Counted from the first letter of the stretch, positions 1-14,484 are shown. The stretch: DNA of 64,000 nucleotides from Octopus vulgaris (GCA_951406725.2 OX597829.1:31930001-31994000), one strand, 5' to 3'. A program made the numbers and translations. The notes: generated from the sequence alone by a model not told the origin.

Positions 1-1031
1 TAAGATGACACTAAATGTTGAAGCCAGCTTACTCTTCTAATCACGATCTGGTCTACTTTCACACAATAAAATGATTTTAAAGCACAGTTGTGGGCTATAT
101 ATATTGCATCATTCTAGCAAAATTGATTGTTGTAAATTGGTCTGATTAGTATGAAGTAAGGAGCATTGTTCTCTAAATTATGCTTTCTCATGTTTTTCTC
201 AGAGCAGACATATCAGGAATAACAGCTAGACCAGCTTGAGATATGTTTGTCAAGCATTCATTTTGTAGCAACATTCAGAGACTTGAGTTTCTGCTGCTCT
301 CTTTTTTTTTTAATTTGTTTTAAAATATTCTACTTCATTTTGTGCTGGTAAAGCTTCATGTGAATGGAAATTTAACATTTGTACCACTTCTCCAGGTTTT
401 GTATATGGTATTGCTTTGCATTGATTTCTCTGTTCACTGTGTCAAAATTTCAGTTCACAGTCAGTTTCGCTTACCTTGTCAAAACAATTTAGAAGTCAGT
501 TGAAAGATATGTTTTCTTTTCCGTGTTTTGTCAATATTTCACCAGCCACCATATACACAAAGTGAAACAGAAAGCTAAACAAAGTTTAGTGGTCAAGTAG
601 TTTAGTAGTTGTAATTACAAGTTTGTTGTAAACTAGAATTAAAACAAAATTTTCGTGGAACCAAAAGAATGTGAATATGTAGGGGAGAATTTTTGTTAAA
701 ACTGTAATTTATGACAGGTTCACTTTAAGCTTTTAGCATTTAAACAGGACTTTTTGCCTCAAATATTCTACCTGTTTTATATAAAAACTTGTGAGATCCT
801 GCTACTCATACACGTCCTAAAATGTCATTCTAAAAATATACACTCACATTATCAAATTCTCAAAGCTATGAGAATGATTAATTCAAAATAATGTGAATTA
901 ATAAGCATTAAATTTGACAGAGTTCTCTGAATACCAAACAGGTAATATTTCAAAAACATGTTTATCTTCTACATATATGCATTAGTTGCTCTGTGCTGGT
1001 TTTCATTAAGAAAATCAAATTTACTGCATAA

Positions 1032-1032
<1 letters not shown>

Positions 1033-1107
<75 letters not shown>
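1033..1107. repeat. (TG)n microsatellite
   Basis: Pure TG run. Confidence 0.95.
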
Positions 1108-1110
<3 letters not shown>

Positions 1111-2330
1111 GTAGATAAGTAGATGCCATCATGCTTTTCTAATTAATCAAAGTGTGAGATTTGGCAGAGGCCCAAGAATTTATTTATCTGCATGTAAAAG
1201 CATATGATATGTGTGTTTGTTTTTCTGCAAAATATATAGTTAAATTACAATTTTTTAAATGTTTTTTTTTTCCTTCTCAATATCATATTTAAAATAATAT
1301 TATATCATTCTTGTCCTAAAGTCTCTGAATCTAAGTAATCTGCAAATGATACATTTCTTTCTGCTACAGAATATTATGAAAGCATTTCCAAAGATACCTA
1401 AGTATTCAGGCATGACTGTATGCTCAAGAAGTTTGATTCCTAACTAAATGGTTACAGTTCCATCCCAATGTGCAGCATCTAAAGCAAGTATCTTCTACTC
1501 CAGCTCTGGCTGACTTAAGACCTGTCAATGGATTTGGTAGATAGAAACTGTAAGAAACCCATTGTGCATGGGTGATACTTATAAATGAGCCTCACTGTCA
1601 TGTGAGTGGTGTCCTTTGTTTCCAATATTCAGTGAAAACATGTCTGGCCTTGAGGAAATATTACTTTGCTTGGAAACAGGTGAGGGTTGGCAATAAGAAG
1701 GGTATCTGGTTATAGAAATGTACCTCAGCGAATTCTGTCTAACCCATGTGTATCAAATGGAATTTTTTGAAGTGAGCATTAAAACAATGATGAAAATGAT
1801 AATGATTTCAAAAGTAATCAGTGGTGGAAAATACCTAAGCTAGATATTTATATATATTATTTATCTAGAGCATCACCCTTACCCTTGTAGCAAGTAGTGA
1901 AAAGAAATTATTTAATGTTAGCCTATATCTTACTCTATATGTAGAGAAAAATTAAATAAGAATTACTTGTATTAAGGGCTTACAACAGACTTTGATTAAA
2001 ATTATACAATGAGACATTTTTAGTGTGGTTGTTATTTGTCTTTTGTTTCAGTTTTGAATTATATAAGAAAAAAATATAAAAAATTGTATTTATTATCATA
2101 TTTTATTTATCAGTTTACATTATTCTCTGCAAATGATTCAACATCTTTTCACACGCACATACATGCAAAGAAACAAATAAACTCAATGTAGATTTATGTA
2201 GGATTTTCACAGTAACTTAGTTTTGGTGTTAGAATATTAGTTCTAGATATATTCTACTGAACTGGTAAAATTTGGCAACTCGGTTTTAATACTTTCAATT
2301 CCTTTCAGTTTAGAGGCCTTTCTAATATAT

Positions 2331-2563
2331 ACTCTTTTACTCTCCCTCTTTTACTTGTTTCAGTCATTTGACTGTGGCCATGCTGGAACACTGCCTTTAG
2401 TCGAGCAAATCGATCCCAGGACTTATTCTTTGTAAGCCTAGTACTTATTCTATCGGTCTCTTTTGCCGAACCACTAAGTTACGGGGATGTAACCACACCA
2501 CCATTGGTTGTCAAGTGATGTTGGGGGGACAAACACAGACACACAACATACACACATACATAC

Positions 2564-2604
<41 letters not shown>

Positions 2605-2770
2605 TATACATATATACAATGGGCTTCATTCAGTTTCTGTCTACCAAATCCACTCACAAGGCTTTGGTTGGCCCGAGGCTATAGTAGAAGACACTTGCTC
2701 AAGGTGTCATGCAGTGGGACTGAACCTGGAACCATGTAGTTGGTAAGCAAGCTACTTACCACTCAGCCAC
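2331..2770 (-). mobile_element. tRNA-derived SINE, family A
   Basis: Reverse-complement homolog of 54293-54670. Internal (CA/TA)n; tail AAAAGAGT repeats. Confidence 0.85.
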
Positions 2771-3908
2771 AAATATTACAGTACAGATCATCTAACCATC
2801 ACTTACAGGCAAGTATGGCTTTAGTAATGTGTACCATGTTTTCTTGAAATGTTTTAAGTGTTGCAAGTGAATGTAGACATCCTCTCAACATTACAGCTGA
2901 ATAGATAGCAATAATGTGAACTGAAGTACCTTGCTCAAGGACACAATGTTTTGCCTGGTCCAGAGATGAAACACACAAACTTATGGCCATGAACTAAACA
3001 CCTTAAACAATATGTCATGTACCTTCATAGGACAACTATAATTTTCTATAATCAATAAAGAATAAATGCTATTTAAGTAAATACTTAAAGATTAATACTA
3101 AGTCTCAAGTGCTAAAAAGTAGGACCCAAGTAACATGAATGAAAGAGGTGTTATCAGTTTGAGCCAATAACAAGATCATCTTCAAAATTGGTGTATTACT
3201 TGTTTTCATTCCACGAGGTTATCAACTAGCAAATTTAGGTGAAGCATATACAATTGCATGAATCATAAACACTTGAATATCTTTAACCATATAGTCAGCT
3301 TAGTTTTAGTTTACACCTAAATGCATTTATATTCCTTTGAACTTTGAAACATTTTAGTTATATTGATACCTTGGGTAGCAAGATTAACCCAATTAAAGTA
3401 AGTGGAAAATATCAGAAAGGTTTACTCATTTTCACCATCCACCATTTGTCTTTTAGTTTGGCTAAAACTTTATACCACTCTGTGCAAAATATTTGATATA
3501 ATGCAGGGATTTAATAGATTGTGTATGTCCACACCACTTCCCAATCAGTGTTGGTTTGCTTATGTCCCTGCAACTTAGCAGTTTGGCAAAAGAGACTGAC
3601 AGAATAAGTATCAAACTTTAAAAAAAAAAAATAAGTCATCCTCATCATCCAATCAAACAACTTGCCTAGACTAATGTAATTCTTCCACATGCATTGTCCT
3701 AATCGAGTGATGTGGCATGAATGTCTGGCTTAGGTTTTAATTGCATTGATCTTTTTCTCACTGAAATATCTCATTTGTGCACACCAAAACTACAGATGAT
3801 ACTAGTAGTTCACTAACTGAACTGGTTGATCCTGACCATTGACAGTTTGACGATTGCTCATTCACTCAGTATTTAGTGATGTTCACTATTGACTCAATAA
3901 GTTCATCT

Positions 3909-4308
3909 CTTTTACTCTTTTACTTGTTTCAGTCATTTGACTGTGTTCATGCTGGAGCACCGCCTTTTAGTCGACCAAATCGACCCCAGGACTTATTCTT
4001 TGTAAGCCTAGTACTTATTTTATCAGTCATTTTGCTGAACTGCTAAGTTACGGGGATGTAAACACACCAGCATCGGTTGTCAAGCGATGTTGGGGGCGGG
4101 GACAAACACAGTCACACAAACATACATGTACACACAGATACACACACATATATATGTACATATATACGACAGGCTTCTTTCAGTTTCCATCTGCCCAAGG
4201 TGCCACGCAGTGGGACTGAACTTGGAACCATGTGGTTGGTAAGCAATCTACTTACTACGCAACCACTCCTACGCCTATAGCTACTTACCACACAGCCACT
4301 CCTATGCC
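3909..4308 (-). mobile_element. SINE family A copy with internal deletion
   Basis: Same sequence blocks as 2331-2770. Confidence 0.85.
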
Positions 4309-4973
4309 TAGTTCATCTGCTGAAATAGTTCACATCTACCATGTTGCATCCCATGATTCCAACATAACCTTGGCTCAGGTGGTTACTGGATGCAAGGCCT
4401 TGCCAGGGCCCTCTTGTGATTTGATCTGGTCCTGCTTCTTCCCATATTTATAGATGACTTCTACGTACATGCTAATTAATCCATAGCTGGGATCCTAACA
4501 AGTGATACTAGTCTGGGTCAGAGTAGACCTGGGAAGAATAATGGCTAAGAAGTGGTTCTACATTTCTCAAAACTCTGGAATTCCCGAACCGGATATAGTT
4601 TAAAGCCATATCCAGGACATAAAAATATAAGTACTAGTATTGATTTGTTTGACTAAACTCATTAAGGCAGTTGGCCACAGTCCAGTGACTGAAACAATTA
4701 AAAGTTAAAATAAAATATATATAAAATATTGACCATATACCATCTTTTATTGATGCAGTTTTCTGGTGTATTCGTGAAATGTCAAATTGTTTGTGAAACC
4801 AAGCAATAACATTTTCCACAAGTGGACAGGTCAACAGGCCTTGCTGATTTAGCATTTTTACTTGTGTTTGTATGCTATATTCATGAGAATGGAATTGAAG
4901 AAGAAAGCTTATTAAACTGTCAAACTTTGGCAAATCCTGCTACAGGGGAAGCATAATTTAATTCAGTTTGTTT

Positions 4974-4974
<1 letters not shown>

Positions 4975-5017
<43 letters not shown>

Positions 5018-5810
5018 TTAACATCTGTAATACATGCTGACACGGGTTGGACAGTTTAACCAGAGCTGACCAGTTAGGGGCTGCACCAGACTCCAGTCTG
5101 ATTTGACCTGGTTTCTATGGCTGGATGTCCTTCCTAATGCCAACCACTTTACAGAGTGTGCTGGGTGCTTTTACGTGGCACTGCACAAGCACATTTGCAT
5201 GGCACCATATGAGTGCTTTTACAAGGCATGCCACGAAAAATGAAATTTGGTCAAGAATTTGCACTGATGGTGCTGCAGATATGGTTGGGAAAATGTTCAG
5301 TTTCATTGCTAGAATCATCATCATCGCCTTGACAACCACCTTTCTTATGGCTTGCATGGGTCATATAAAGTTTAAGACAGAGTTTCTATGGCTGGATACA
5401 CTTCCTGTTGCCAATCTTCACCTACTTCCAAGGTAGGTACTGTTTTACCATGACCACATATGTTCTTGTAGAATACTGGAAAAGACTGACTACATTTATA
5501 ACAATTGCATGATGTGAAGATAAGGAGACACAAACATTTGCTCCTACATTCACGCACACACACACACTATATATATATATTCATACAAATGCACATATAT
5601 CATCATTATCAACATTTAACATCTGTTTTCCATGCTGGCATGGATTGGATGGCATGATAGAAAATGGCATAGTCTGTTTTGGCTTTGTTTCTACAGCCTG
5701 ATGCCTTTCCTAATGCCAACCACTTCACAGAGTGTACTGGTTGCTTTTTACATGGTACCATCACCAGTGCTTTTTACATGGCATCAGCACCCACACAAAT
5801 GCTTTCTATG
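4975..5810 (-). mobile_element. Cluster of RTE-tail-related repeats with (CAT)n ends
   Basis: catcatcatttaacatctg...ccatgctggcatgg blocks, shared with the 3' end of the RTE remnant at ~38240. Confidence 0.6.
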
Positions 5811-5921
5811 TGGCACCTTGGGTAAGTGTCTTCTACCATAGCCTCGGGCCAATCAAAGCCTTGTGAGTGGATTTGGTAGACAGAAACTGAAAGAAGCCCA
5901 TTGTATATATGTATATATATG

Positions 5922-5956
<35 letters not shown>

Positions 5957-6172
5957 ATGTATGTGTGTGTGTGTGTATATGTATGTGTGTGTGTGTGTGT
6001 GTTTGTGTGTCTGTGTTTGTCTCCCCCACCATTGCTTGACAACCAATGTTGCAGCGAAAAAGACCGATAGGATAAATACTAGGCTTACAAAGAGTAAGTC
6101 TTGGGGTTGATTTGTTCGACTAAAGGTGTTGCTCCAACATGGCCGCAGTCAAATGACAAACAAATAAAAGAA
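5811..6172 (+). mobile_element. SINE family A copy, 5'-truncated
   Basis: tggcaccttgggtaagtgtcttctac... through ...gcagtcaaatgac. Confidence 0.8.
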
Positions 6173-6412
6173 TATAAGATAAATAATCCATCATCTGGTA
6201 AAATGTTAAACAGGTAAGAATTCATGCTGGTAAGATTTTAAACATGGACCTGGACCTAGCCAGCATTTACTGGACTAGTCCAGGTCAATGTTTAAAGTCT
6301 TACCTGTTTAAATTTTACTTGATGATGGTGGGTTATATATTGTGATGTAATCTTTTATGACTGCATTAAATAAATAAAATTCTACTGAGGCAGACGTAAA
6401 TTTTAAACACCA

Positions 6413-7259
6413 CTAGCAGAATTGCCCGGCGTTGCTCGGGGCTGAATTGCTTGAAAGTACTGTTAATGATTGCACTGAATTATGATGATTATTCAGGCAA
6501 ATATTGATATAAGTTTACGGTGGGAGATAAGGACTTAACGATCAAACGTGTGCCATTGCATTGTTTTGGGGGAACCAAATTTCTGATGAGCATTATAGGG
6601 GCACCAACTTTAAGTTTGAGAAAGTGTGGTGGTAGTCCGGGGTGCTCAAAGGAATTGAGTACCTCTATTGGATAGTTGATGACGTCCTCTGGGTCAGGAG
6701 TTGTATCGATAGACTGATATACATAGACTTCCCCAGGAATGAGTTTTAGCATTTCATCATTAATATGGTGAACAGTTTTATTCCTCGGGGCCAGTATAGC
6801 CTTTTTGCCAATCCAATCCATATTCTGATAATTAGCTTGTAGATCTGGGAACACTGCATCTCTGAGATCAGAAGGCGTCTTAACAATGGTACAAATGGAA
6901 TCGATGGCAATATTACCATTTTCATCCCCTGGTATTTTGCCTTCGCCAAGTGCAAGGAGGATGTGAGGAAATGCTGCTGATGTGATATTATGTCGCATAT
7001 GAGCACGCATATTGGTGTGAAGTTTGAGAGTTACTTCCCTTTATTAAAAAAAATATGCATTAAAATGGAAAAAAATGATGGTAAATTATTTGTAAAATCA
7101 TAGACTCATCGTAGACGCGCGCTAATACCCAGAAGGGCTCGATATGAATCACGACTATAAGATACCCGGTTTTGGTTAAACTGCATCGCAAAATGTGGTA
7201 GTAGTTAGGAATCTAAATCGGAGTAGACAGACACACAACCTTTCTTTTATATATAAATA
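6413..7259 (-). mobile_element. Non-autonomous Helitron with PIF1-like helicase fragment (ORF 6489-7010)
   Basis: AILAPRN, LKLKVGAPIMLIRNL and CNGTRL motifs. Minus-strand 3' end is hairpin CCCGAGCAACGCCGGG then CTAG|T at 6413. A near-canonical T.TTTATATATAAAAG 5' end lies at ~7259. Confidence 0.88.
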
Positions 7260-7935
7260 TTTTCGTCCTAAAAAACTTTGTATGGATTGAATGGTTACCT
7301 CTATGGAAATATATACACACACATTATACATACATGTGTGTATAGATGAATATATAAATACATTTAAATATCTATATACACTTTTGGGCGATCTTTCTGT
7401 TTCTTAGAGATAACTTTAGATCTTATTTTCGTCCTAAAAAACTTTGTATGGAGTGAATGGTTACCTCTATGGAAATATATACACACACGTTATACATACA
7501 TGTGTGCATAGATGAATATATAAATACATTTATATATCTATATACACTTTTGGGCGATCTTTGTGCTACTTGTATATACTTTAGATCTTATTTTCGTCCT
7601 AAAAAACTTTGTGCGGAGTGAATGGTTACGTGTATGGAAATATATACACACACATTATACATACATCTGTGTATAGATGAATATATAAATACATTTAAAT
7701 ATCTATATACACTTTTGGGCGATCTTTCTGCTACTTGTATATACTTTAGATCTTATATTCGTCCTAAAAAACTTTGTATGGAGTGAAAGGTTACCTCTAT
7801 GGAAATATATACACACACATTATACATACATCTGTGTATAGATGAATATATAAATACATTTAAATATCTATATACACTTTTGGGCGATCTTTCTACTACT
7901 TGGATATAGGTCTTATATTCGTCCTAAAAAACTTT
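7258..7935. repeat. Tandem array of ~4 units of ~165 bp
   Basis: gtcctaaaaaacttt recurs at 7265, 7431, 7596, 7761 and 7921. Confidence 0.95.
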
Positions 7936-8407
7936 CCTGTCACACACTCATGCACACGCACACACACACACACACACACACACGCACCCTCACACACACA
8001 CACACGCACACACACACACTCACACACACACACACACGTTAGTTTACAATTTTATTCATATATTTGCGTGTCTATGTGTGTAAAGAGGAAGTGGCAGAGT
8101 GAAAGAGTCACTCAGTACAAAAAGTGAATTACTTTCACTTTATTCGTTGCACACTGTGTGTGTGCGTGTGCGTGTGGTGTAGGCCACACTAAGAAAAGCA
8201 TTTGACTTATACACCACAATGTGAGTTTTCTCTAAATTTTGCTTAATTGGGGTTGAAATTTTAAAAACTGGACCTGGCACGACCCGATGCATTCTACTCT
8301 TAAAAATGCTAGGTAAATTGTAATTGAAGAAATCCTATATTGTAGATTTCTATAAGAGACAAAGGGAGGCAGATAAAATCTGCCTTTTTTAATAAGAGAT
8401 TCATGTA

Positions 8408-8638
8408 TACTCTTTACTCTCTCTTTTACTCTTTTACTTGTTTCAGTCATTTGACTGCGGCCATGATGAAGCACCGCCTTTAGTTGAGCAACTCGACCCC
8501 AGGACTTATTCTTCGTAAGCCTGGTACTTATTCTATCGGTCTCTTTGGCCGAACTGCTAAGTTACGGTGACGTAAACACACCAGCATCGGTAGTCAAGCG
8601 ATGTTGGGAGGACAAACACAGACACACAAACATATACT

Positions 8639-8673
<35 letters not shown>

Positions 8674-8846
8674 ATATATACGATGGGCTTCTTTCAGTTT
8701 CCGTCTACCAAATCCACTCACAAGGCTTTGGTCGACCCAAGGCTATAGTAGAAGACACTTGCCCAAGGTGCCACGCAGTGGTACTGAACTCGGAACCATG
8801 TGGTTCATGAACACAAGCTACTTACCACACAGCCACTCCTATGCCT
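8408..8846 (-). mobile_element. SINE family A, near full length
   Basis: Homologous to 23187-23600 and 54293-54670. Confidence 0.88.
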
Positions 8847-9329
8847 ATATATATATACACACACACACACACATAATTTGCAACGCAAAAGAATATAGTC
8901 ACATGATATTAACACATAGATGTAGTGGGGAAAACCTACAAAAATATCCACTACCACACTTGACAGATAAATTCAGACAGCCTTGATTGTTTGGGATTGT
9001 CACTAGACACATTCACTCAACTGTAACTGAACTTACTGGGCAAAAACATTGTCATATGACTTTAAAGAACAAGGTCATAGTGGCATGGAGAGTAACTATT
9101 GTAACATGACAGTAAAGAACAAGGTCATAGTATTTGATATCTGAGCAACCAGTGTCATAGTTTGCTGAAACCTGTGCTTCATAATCAACAGAAGATATAT
9201 TGCAATCCTATCTTAGAGGACTTTTAAATTTGTCTCTACATATGCATCCAAGGCAGGCTCAAATCATCCATTGCTTATTGATATAAGACTAACATTAGGG
9301 GGACAAGAAAAGTAACTTTTATTATGTGT

Positions 9330-10150
9330 CTGTTAAAGATCTTATTGTATCTATGGTTCTAGAGAAGTGAATATCTACTAAGTGCAAGAATCTCCTACCT
9401 AAATTTATTTGTCCTAACATTAAGGGAGAAAGATGATAGAGGATGTGCAGGGTTGTAGAAGATTTTATCAGTAAAGCTGCTATCTTGTATGGCCTTATTA
9501 TAATATGGGGCAGCCTTTCCAAATATTTCTTTAGAAGAAAGGCATGAGATTCTATGACTAATATTTGAAATTAAGTTTTTAATTACAATAGGTGGGTGAC
9601 AGGGGTGTTTATTAATATATTTAAGGTTCACGTTAGGTTTGTGGAAAGGCTTATATGAATTAGTTTTAAGACCTAAGGAAACATCTAAAATGTTTGTTTT
9701 AGCTTGAGTAGTATCAATTTTAAGTCCTAAAGGTCTGAAGGTAGAAATTAATTGCTTTCTAAAAGAATCTATAGCATGGCCATCACAATTGTGTGATACA
9801 TTGTTGCGGTATATACCAATGGTATGGCTAGGAAACTTTGAATTAAGATGGTATAATATATATAAACCAACTAAATCGCATATATCCATGTTATTATGTG
9901 AACCCGTGGGGCATTGAATAGGCCACTTTAATTATCTTTTTTGGTCCAAATAGATCTTTTACTGAATAACAATATCTTACATGCGTACATAATGAGCTGC
10001 ATTTCTTATTCATCTGTGGTTTATAAATGAACATGCAAGTTCTAATGCTTTACATAGGAGTGGTTCAGATATTGATGGATAAAAATCTACAATATCAAAC
10101 TGTATGAATTTCACTTTATTTTTATTATGGATGGGTTTGTACCAAGATAT
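9330..10150 (-). mobile_element. Degenerate Penelope-like retroelement reverse transcriptase
   Basis: FIQFDIVDFYPSI at ~10070-10110, ICDLVGLYIL, decayed G.YRDD (GIYRNN), ILDVSL, KPN and HPP motifs. Confidence 0.75.
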
Positions 10151-12199
10151 CACCATAACAGAAGGATGATTTTTTTTTTCAAGGAGAAACTAGAAATATT
10201 GTTTTCAAATTTTGGCACAAGGCCAACAATTTCAGGAGGTGGGGATAAGTCGATTATATCAACCCCAGAGTTCAACTGATACTTATTTTATTGACCCTGT
10301 AAATATGTAAAGCAAAATCAAGCTCAGGCATTTTGCATGGCATGGTAGTGATTCTACTAGCTCGCCACCCTTAAGAAATTAGAAATATGTCAATGAAATT
10401 GATGAGATGCATTAGTGGTGACAGTCATAATTATGGAGACTGCCAACACCAAGAATTTGTTGGCCCTTTTATTGAACTCCAGAATAAATCTCATTGGACA
10501 GTTCTGTGGTGACATCATCACTCAAAAATCTGAGATATGTTTTTTTTTATAATTTGATTGACGAAATTTTTGCTGATATCACTACTCAACATGAAAAGCC
10601 TTTTGTTCATTTAAAGATACCTACCTGCAAAGGTAGGTCATGTTTAACATTAAGGCAGAGATCTGCAACATTTATACATACACATATATACAAATGTGTA
10701 TGCGAGTGTGTTTGTATATACATGCATGCATGCATGCATGCATGCATACATACATACAGACAGACAGACAGACAGACAGAATTTGTTCTGGCAGGTTTTC
10801 TATGACTAGATGTCCTTCCTGCCACTGTTTTCAAGCAAGGTAATATTTCCTCATGGCCAGACATGTTCTTGCAGAAAATTGGAAAGGAATGACACTGCTT
10901 GTATATCAGTGATGTTCATTTACGACTATACCATGTACTGGTCAAGTACTAAAAATTGTTGGCCTTGTGCCTAAATTAGAAAACCATTATTATTGCTTTT
11001 AAGCAGTGAGCTGGCAGAATTATTAGAGCATCAGAAAACAAAAAATGTCTTGCAAGATTTGTTTGAGCTACTTTATGATTCTGATTCAAATTCCGCCATG
11101 GCTAACCTTGCCTTTTATCCTGTCAGGAGCCAATAAAATAAATAAAGTATCTGTTGTGTTGTGGAGGTAAATGTAATCAACTAACTTCCTCCTGCCAAAA
11201 TGCTGGCCTTGTGCCTAAATCAGAAAACACTATCATTATTGTTGTTGTTGCTGTTCTGGTTCTTCATCCTTATCACCACCACCACCATCATCATCATTGT
11301 CATTTTTCATGTTTCAGGAGGATACTACAATATCGATCAAATTATCATATTTATTAATGGAAGTTGAATTAAAATTGTTTCATAAATTAACATTATGTTT
11401 TCTGAAACATTATGTTTTCTGAAACATCTTACTTAATTCTCTCTGTCTGTCTGTCTGTCTCTCTCTCTCTGTTTATCTTATGTATTTTTATACAAGATAA
11501 GAGAAGTTTACATTGAATGCTCTTAGATATTTGTGTAGCTAATAATAATCCACTGTCATTTTTCACTTAAAAATTTGGTTCACTACGTTTGATAGCTGAA
11601 TTTGCCATAATTAAATTCTCTCTGTAAAGAAGTAATCTTTAATTGTTGGCTTTGACTTTCTTCCTCTTCAATACCCTCCTTCCACTTCTGTCTCATCTAA
11701 TCATGGTTAATAAATAATTTGTTTGCTTGCTTGCTTGCTTGTTTGTTTGTTTGTTGGTTTGTTTGTTTCATTCTTTCTTTCCTTTCTTTTCCTTTCATAT
11801 TGTTATACTAATTGCTTTCCAATATAAATCTGAAGCACCATAAGCTGCCGCTTTTTAAAAATTTATCTATACGAATGATTATATATTGCATTCATTTATT
11901 CTGCATATGCATATATCGCAAACATATACATACATATGCATGTGTATGTTTATTGATGTGTGTGTGTGTGTATGCATGTGTTTATGTGTGTGTGTGTGTG
12001 CATGTGTTTATGCATGTACAATATAAAGACATACACACACACAATACATGCATACACATATATATATATATGAATTTAATGCATGAAAGTACTAGTTCAA
12101 TCAGAATGAACATTTAACATTCTATTATTTTATTTTATTTTATTTTATTATATTATATTATCTTATATCATTATAAGATTGTAAATAAAACGTGAAAAT

Positions 12200-12405
<206 letters not shown>

Positions 12406-13380
12406 AGATGTAATAATACATTTGTGTATATTTATATGTATTACACTAAGTGGAGTGAATTAATGAGATTATTGCTGCTGTATATGATTGAGGTGGTGGC
12501 ACCGGTGTAGGCAGTTGCAGCAAAGATAGTAGTAGCAGTTATAATAATAATGATGATGATGATGATGTTAATAAGCCAATCTTAAGTGACACCTGAGGGG
12601 AATTATTTAGTTTTAGTGTACAAAGTCATCTATATAGAATTAATGAGAAATCAATAAATAGTAAAAAAAATTATGTAGTGGTGGTGATGGTGGTGGTGGT
12701 GGTGGTGGCGATGGCAGCGGCAGCAGCGGTGAGGATGATTATGGGAATGATGATGATAATGATGATTCATAATAATTATAATAGTGGTTTCTAAGTTTGG
12801 TTCTCTCAGAGACAAATTAATAAGGTTGGGATTTAGTCAATTGATACAATTCCAGTGTTTGACTCATGCTCTATCAACCCTGGATAACATGAAAGGCAAA
12901 ATCAAAGCTGAACATTGTGTGGGTATTTAGTTAGAAATGCAACTGTTTCTACCATCCAACACTCTGCATAACAACAACAACAACAATAATAACAATAATA
13001 ATAATAATAGCAGCAGCAGCAAAGCTGACCTCAGCAGGACTTGAACTGAGAATGTGAAGAGCTAGAAGAAATGCCACTGAGCATTTTGTCTCACATATTA
13101 ATAGTAATATTTAAGTAATTAAAATCATTTATGTGGATAAGCCCATATTTGTTGAAGCTTGAAGCTTCTGGTAAAGGTAGCATGATAAAGGTCATCGACT
13201 ACATTTTATTCTATGACCAAGTCATTCTAAGAAACAGCCACAGACGAATCTAAGGTCAAGCAATTATAAACATATTAGTTATTGTTGTTGTTGGGTAGTT
13301 TCGTAGGACTTTAATGCTCTGTACATGCTGCTACTTTTAAAAAATTCAATAATTATCCTTCTGCTGGCGAGTATATTTAC

Positions 13381-13495
13381 AATAGAATAAGTACTAAGCT
13401 TACAAAGAATAATTCCTGGGATTGATTTGCTCGACTAAAGGCAGTGCTCCAGCATGGCCACAGTCAAATGACTGAAACAAGTAAAAGAGTAAAAA
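13381..13495 (+). mobile_element. SINE family A 3' fragment
   Basis: agaataagtactaagcttacaaag...gaaacaagtaaaagagt. Confidence 0.75.
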
Positions 13496-13499
13496 GGGA

Positions 13500-14300
13500 T
13501 CACATGGACCAGCAAGGAAGCTTACATGTAGCACTTCAGGTACTCAATGCAACAATCTGATGCTATCTTTAAAATAGGGGTCACATGAGACAGTAAGGGA
13601 GCTTCTTGTATAGTTGTATTGACCTGCTCAGTGTAACAACCAAGTCTCTCTCAAGAACCATACTATAATCTGTATAGGAACCTTATCCAGTAAGGAAACT
13701 TCTACATAATAGCTTGATCTTATTCAATGTAATAGCTAAATCTCCTTCTACAAACTACCCAATATCTTTAAAACTGAGACCACAGGAACCAGTGACAGAG
13801 CTTCCATTTAATCATTTGACTTTATTCAAAGTGATAGCCAAATCTCATCTCAACAAATTACCTTTTGGTTTTAAAATAGTGATCATGTTGAATCAGAGAT
13901 AGAACTTCTATGTAGTCATTTGACCATAGCCACAGCAGTAGCCGAAATTCCATCAACAAACTACATATTGTCTTTAAAATAATGACCACATTTAACCAGA
14001 AAATAGAGCTTGTATGTATTTACTTAACTTTACTCATTCTATTAGTAAAACCTTTTTTAACAAACTACCTGACATCTTTGAACAGATTTGCAACAAGTTT
14101 TGAAAAAGGATGCACACAGTACAATAAGGCTTGCTCAGTGTAGCACTTAAATCTCTCTTACCAAACTCTCTACTTTATTTTAAAATAGAGACTGAATTAG
14201 GACTGCTCAATGGGAGAACCAACTCATCTTCATTATTTGATGCGACCATTGATCATTTAAAAACATTAGATGTTTTGCCGAGTGTAATTGTGGCAGCTTA
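13500..14300. repeat. Highly diverged tandem array of ~103 bp
   Basis: caaa(c/t)tac at 13751, 13854, 13957 and 14061, with recurring tttaaaa and gagctt blocks. Confidence 0.7.
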
Positions 14301-14482
14301 TTTCTCTAACTAGCTTGTGCTGTTTTATCTGCGAGTGGGGAAGATTGTATGTGTTACATGCTGAAAGTTCCTTGGGCTAATAGCCATATTTATAACTTAC
14401 TGAATGAAGGAAAGAAGCCACATTTTTTTTGTGTTTTGTGCTTTTTTTTCTTTTACGGAAAGTTTTTGGAAGACTTTCAATG

Positions 14483-14484
<2 letters not shown>

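Noticed and set aside
1-720. Possible 3'UTR of an upstream gene
   Set aside because: No coding exon or other supporting evidence within the window.
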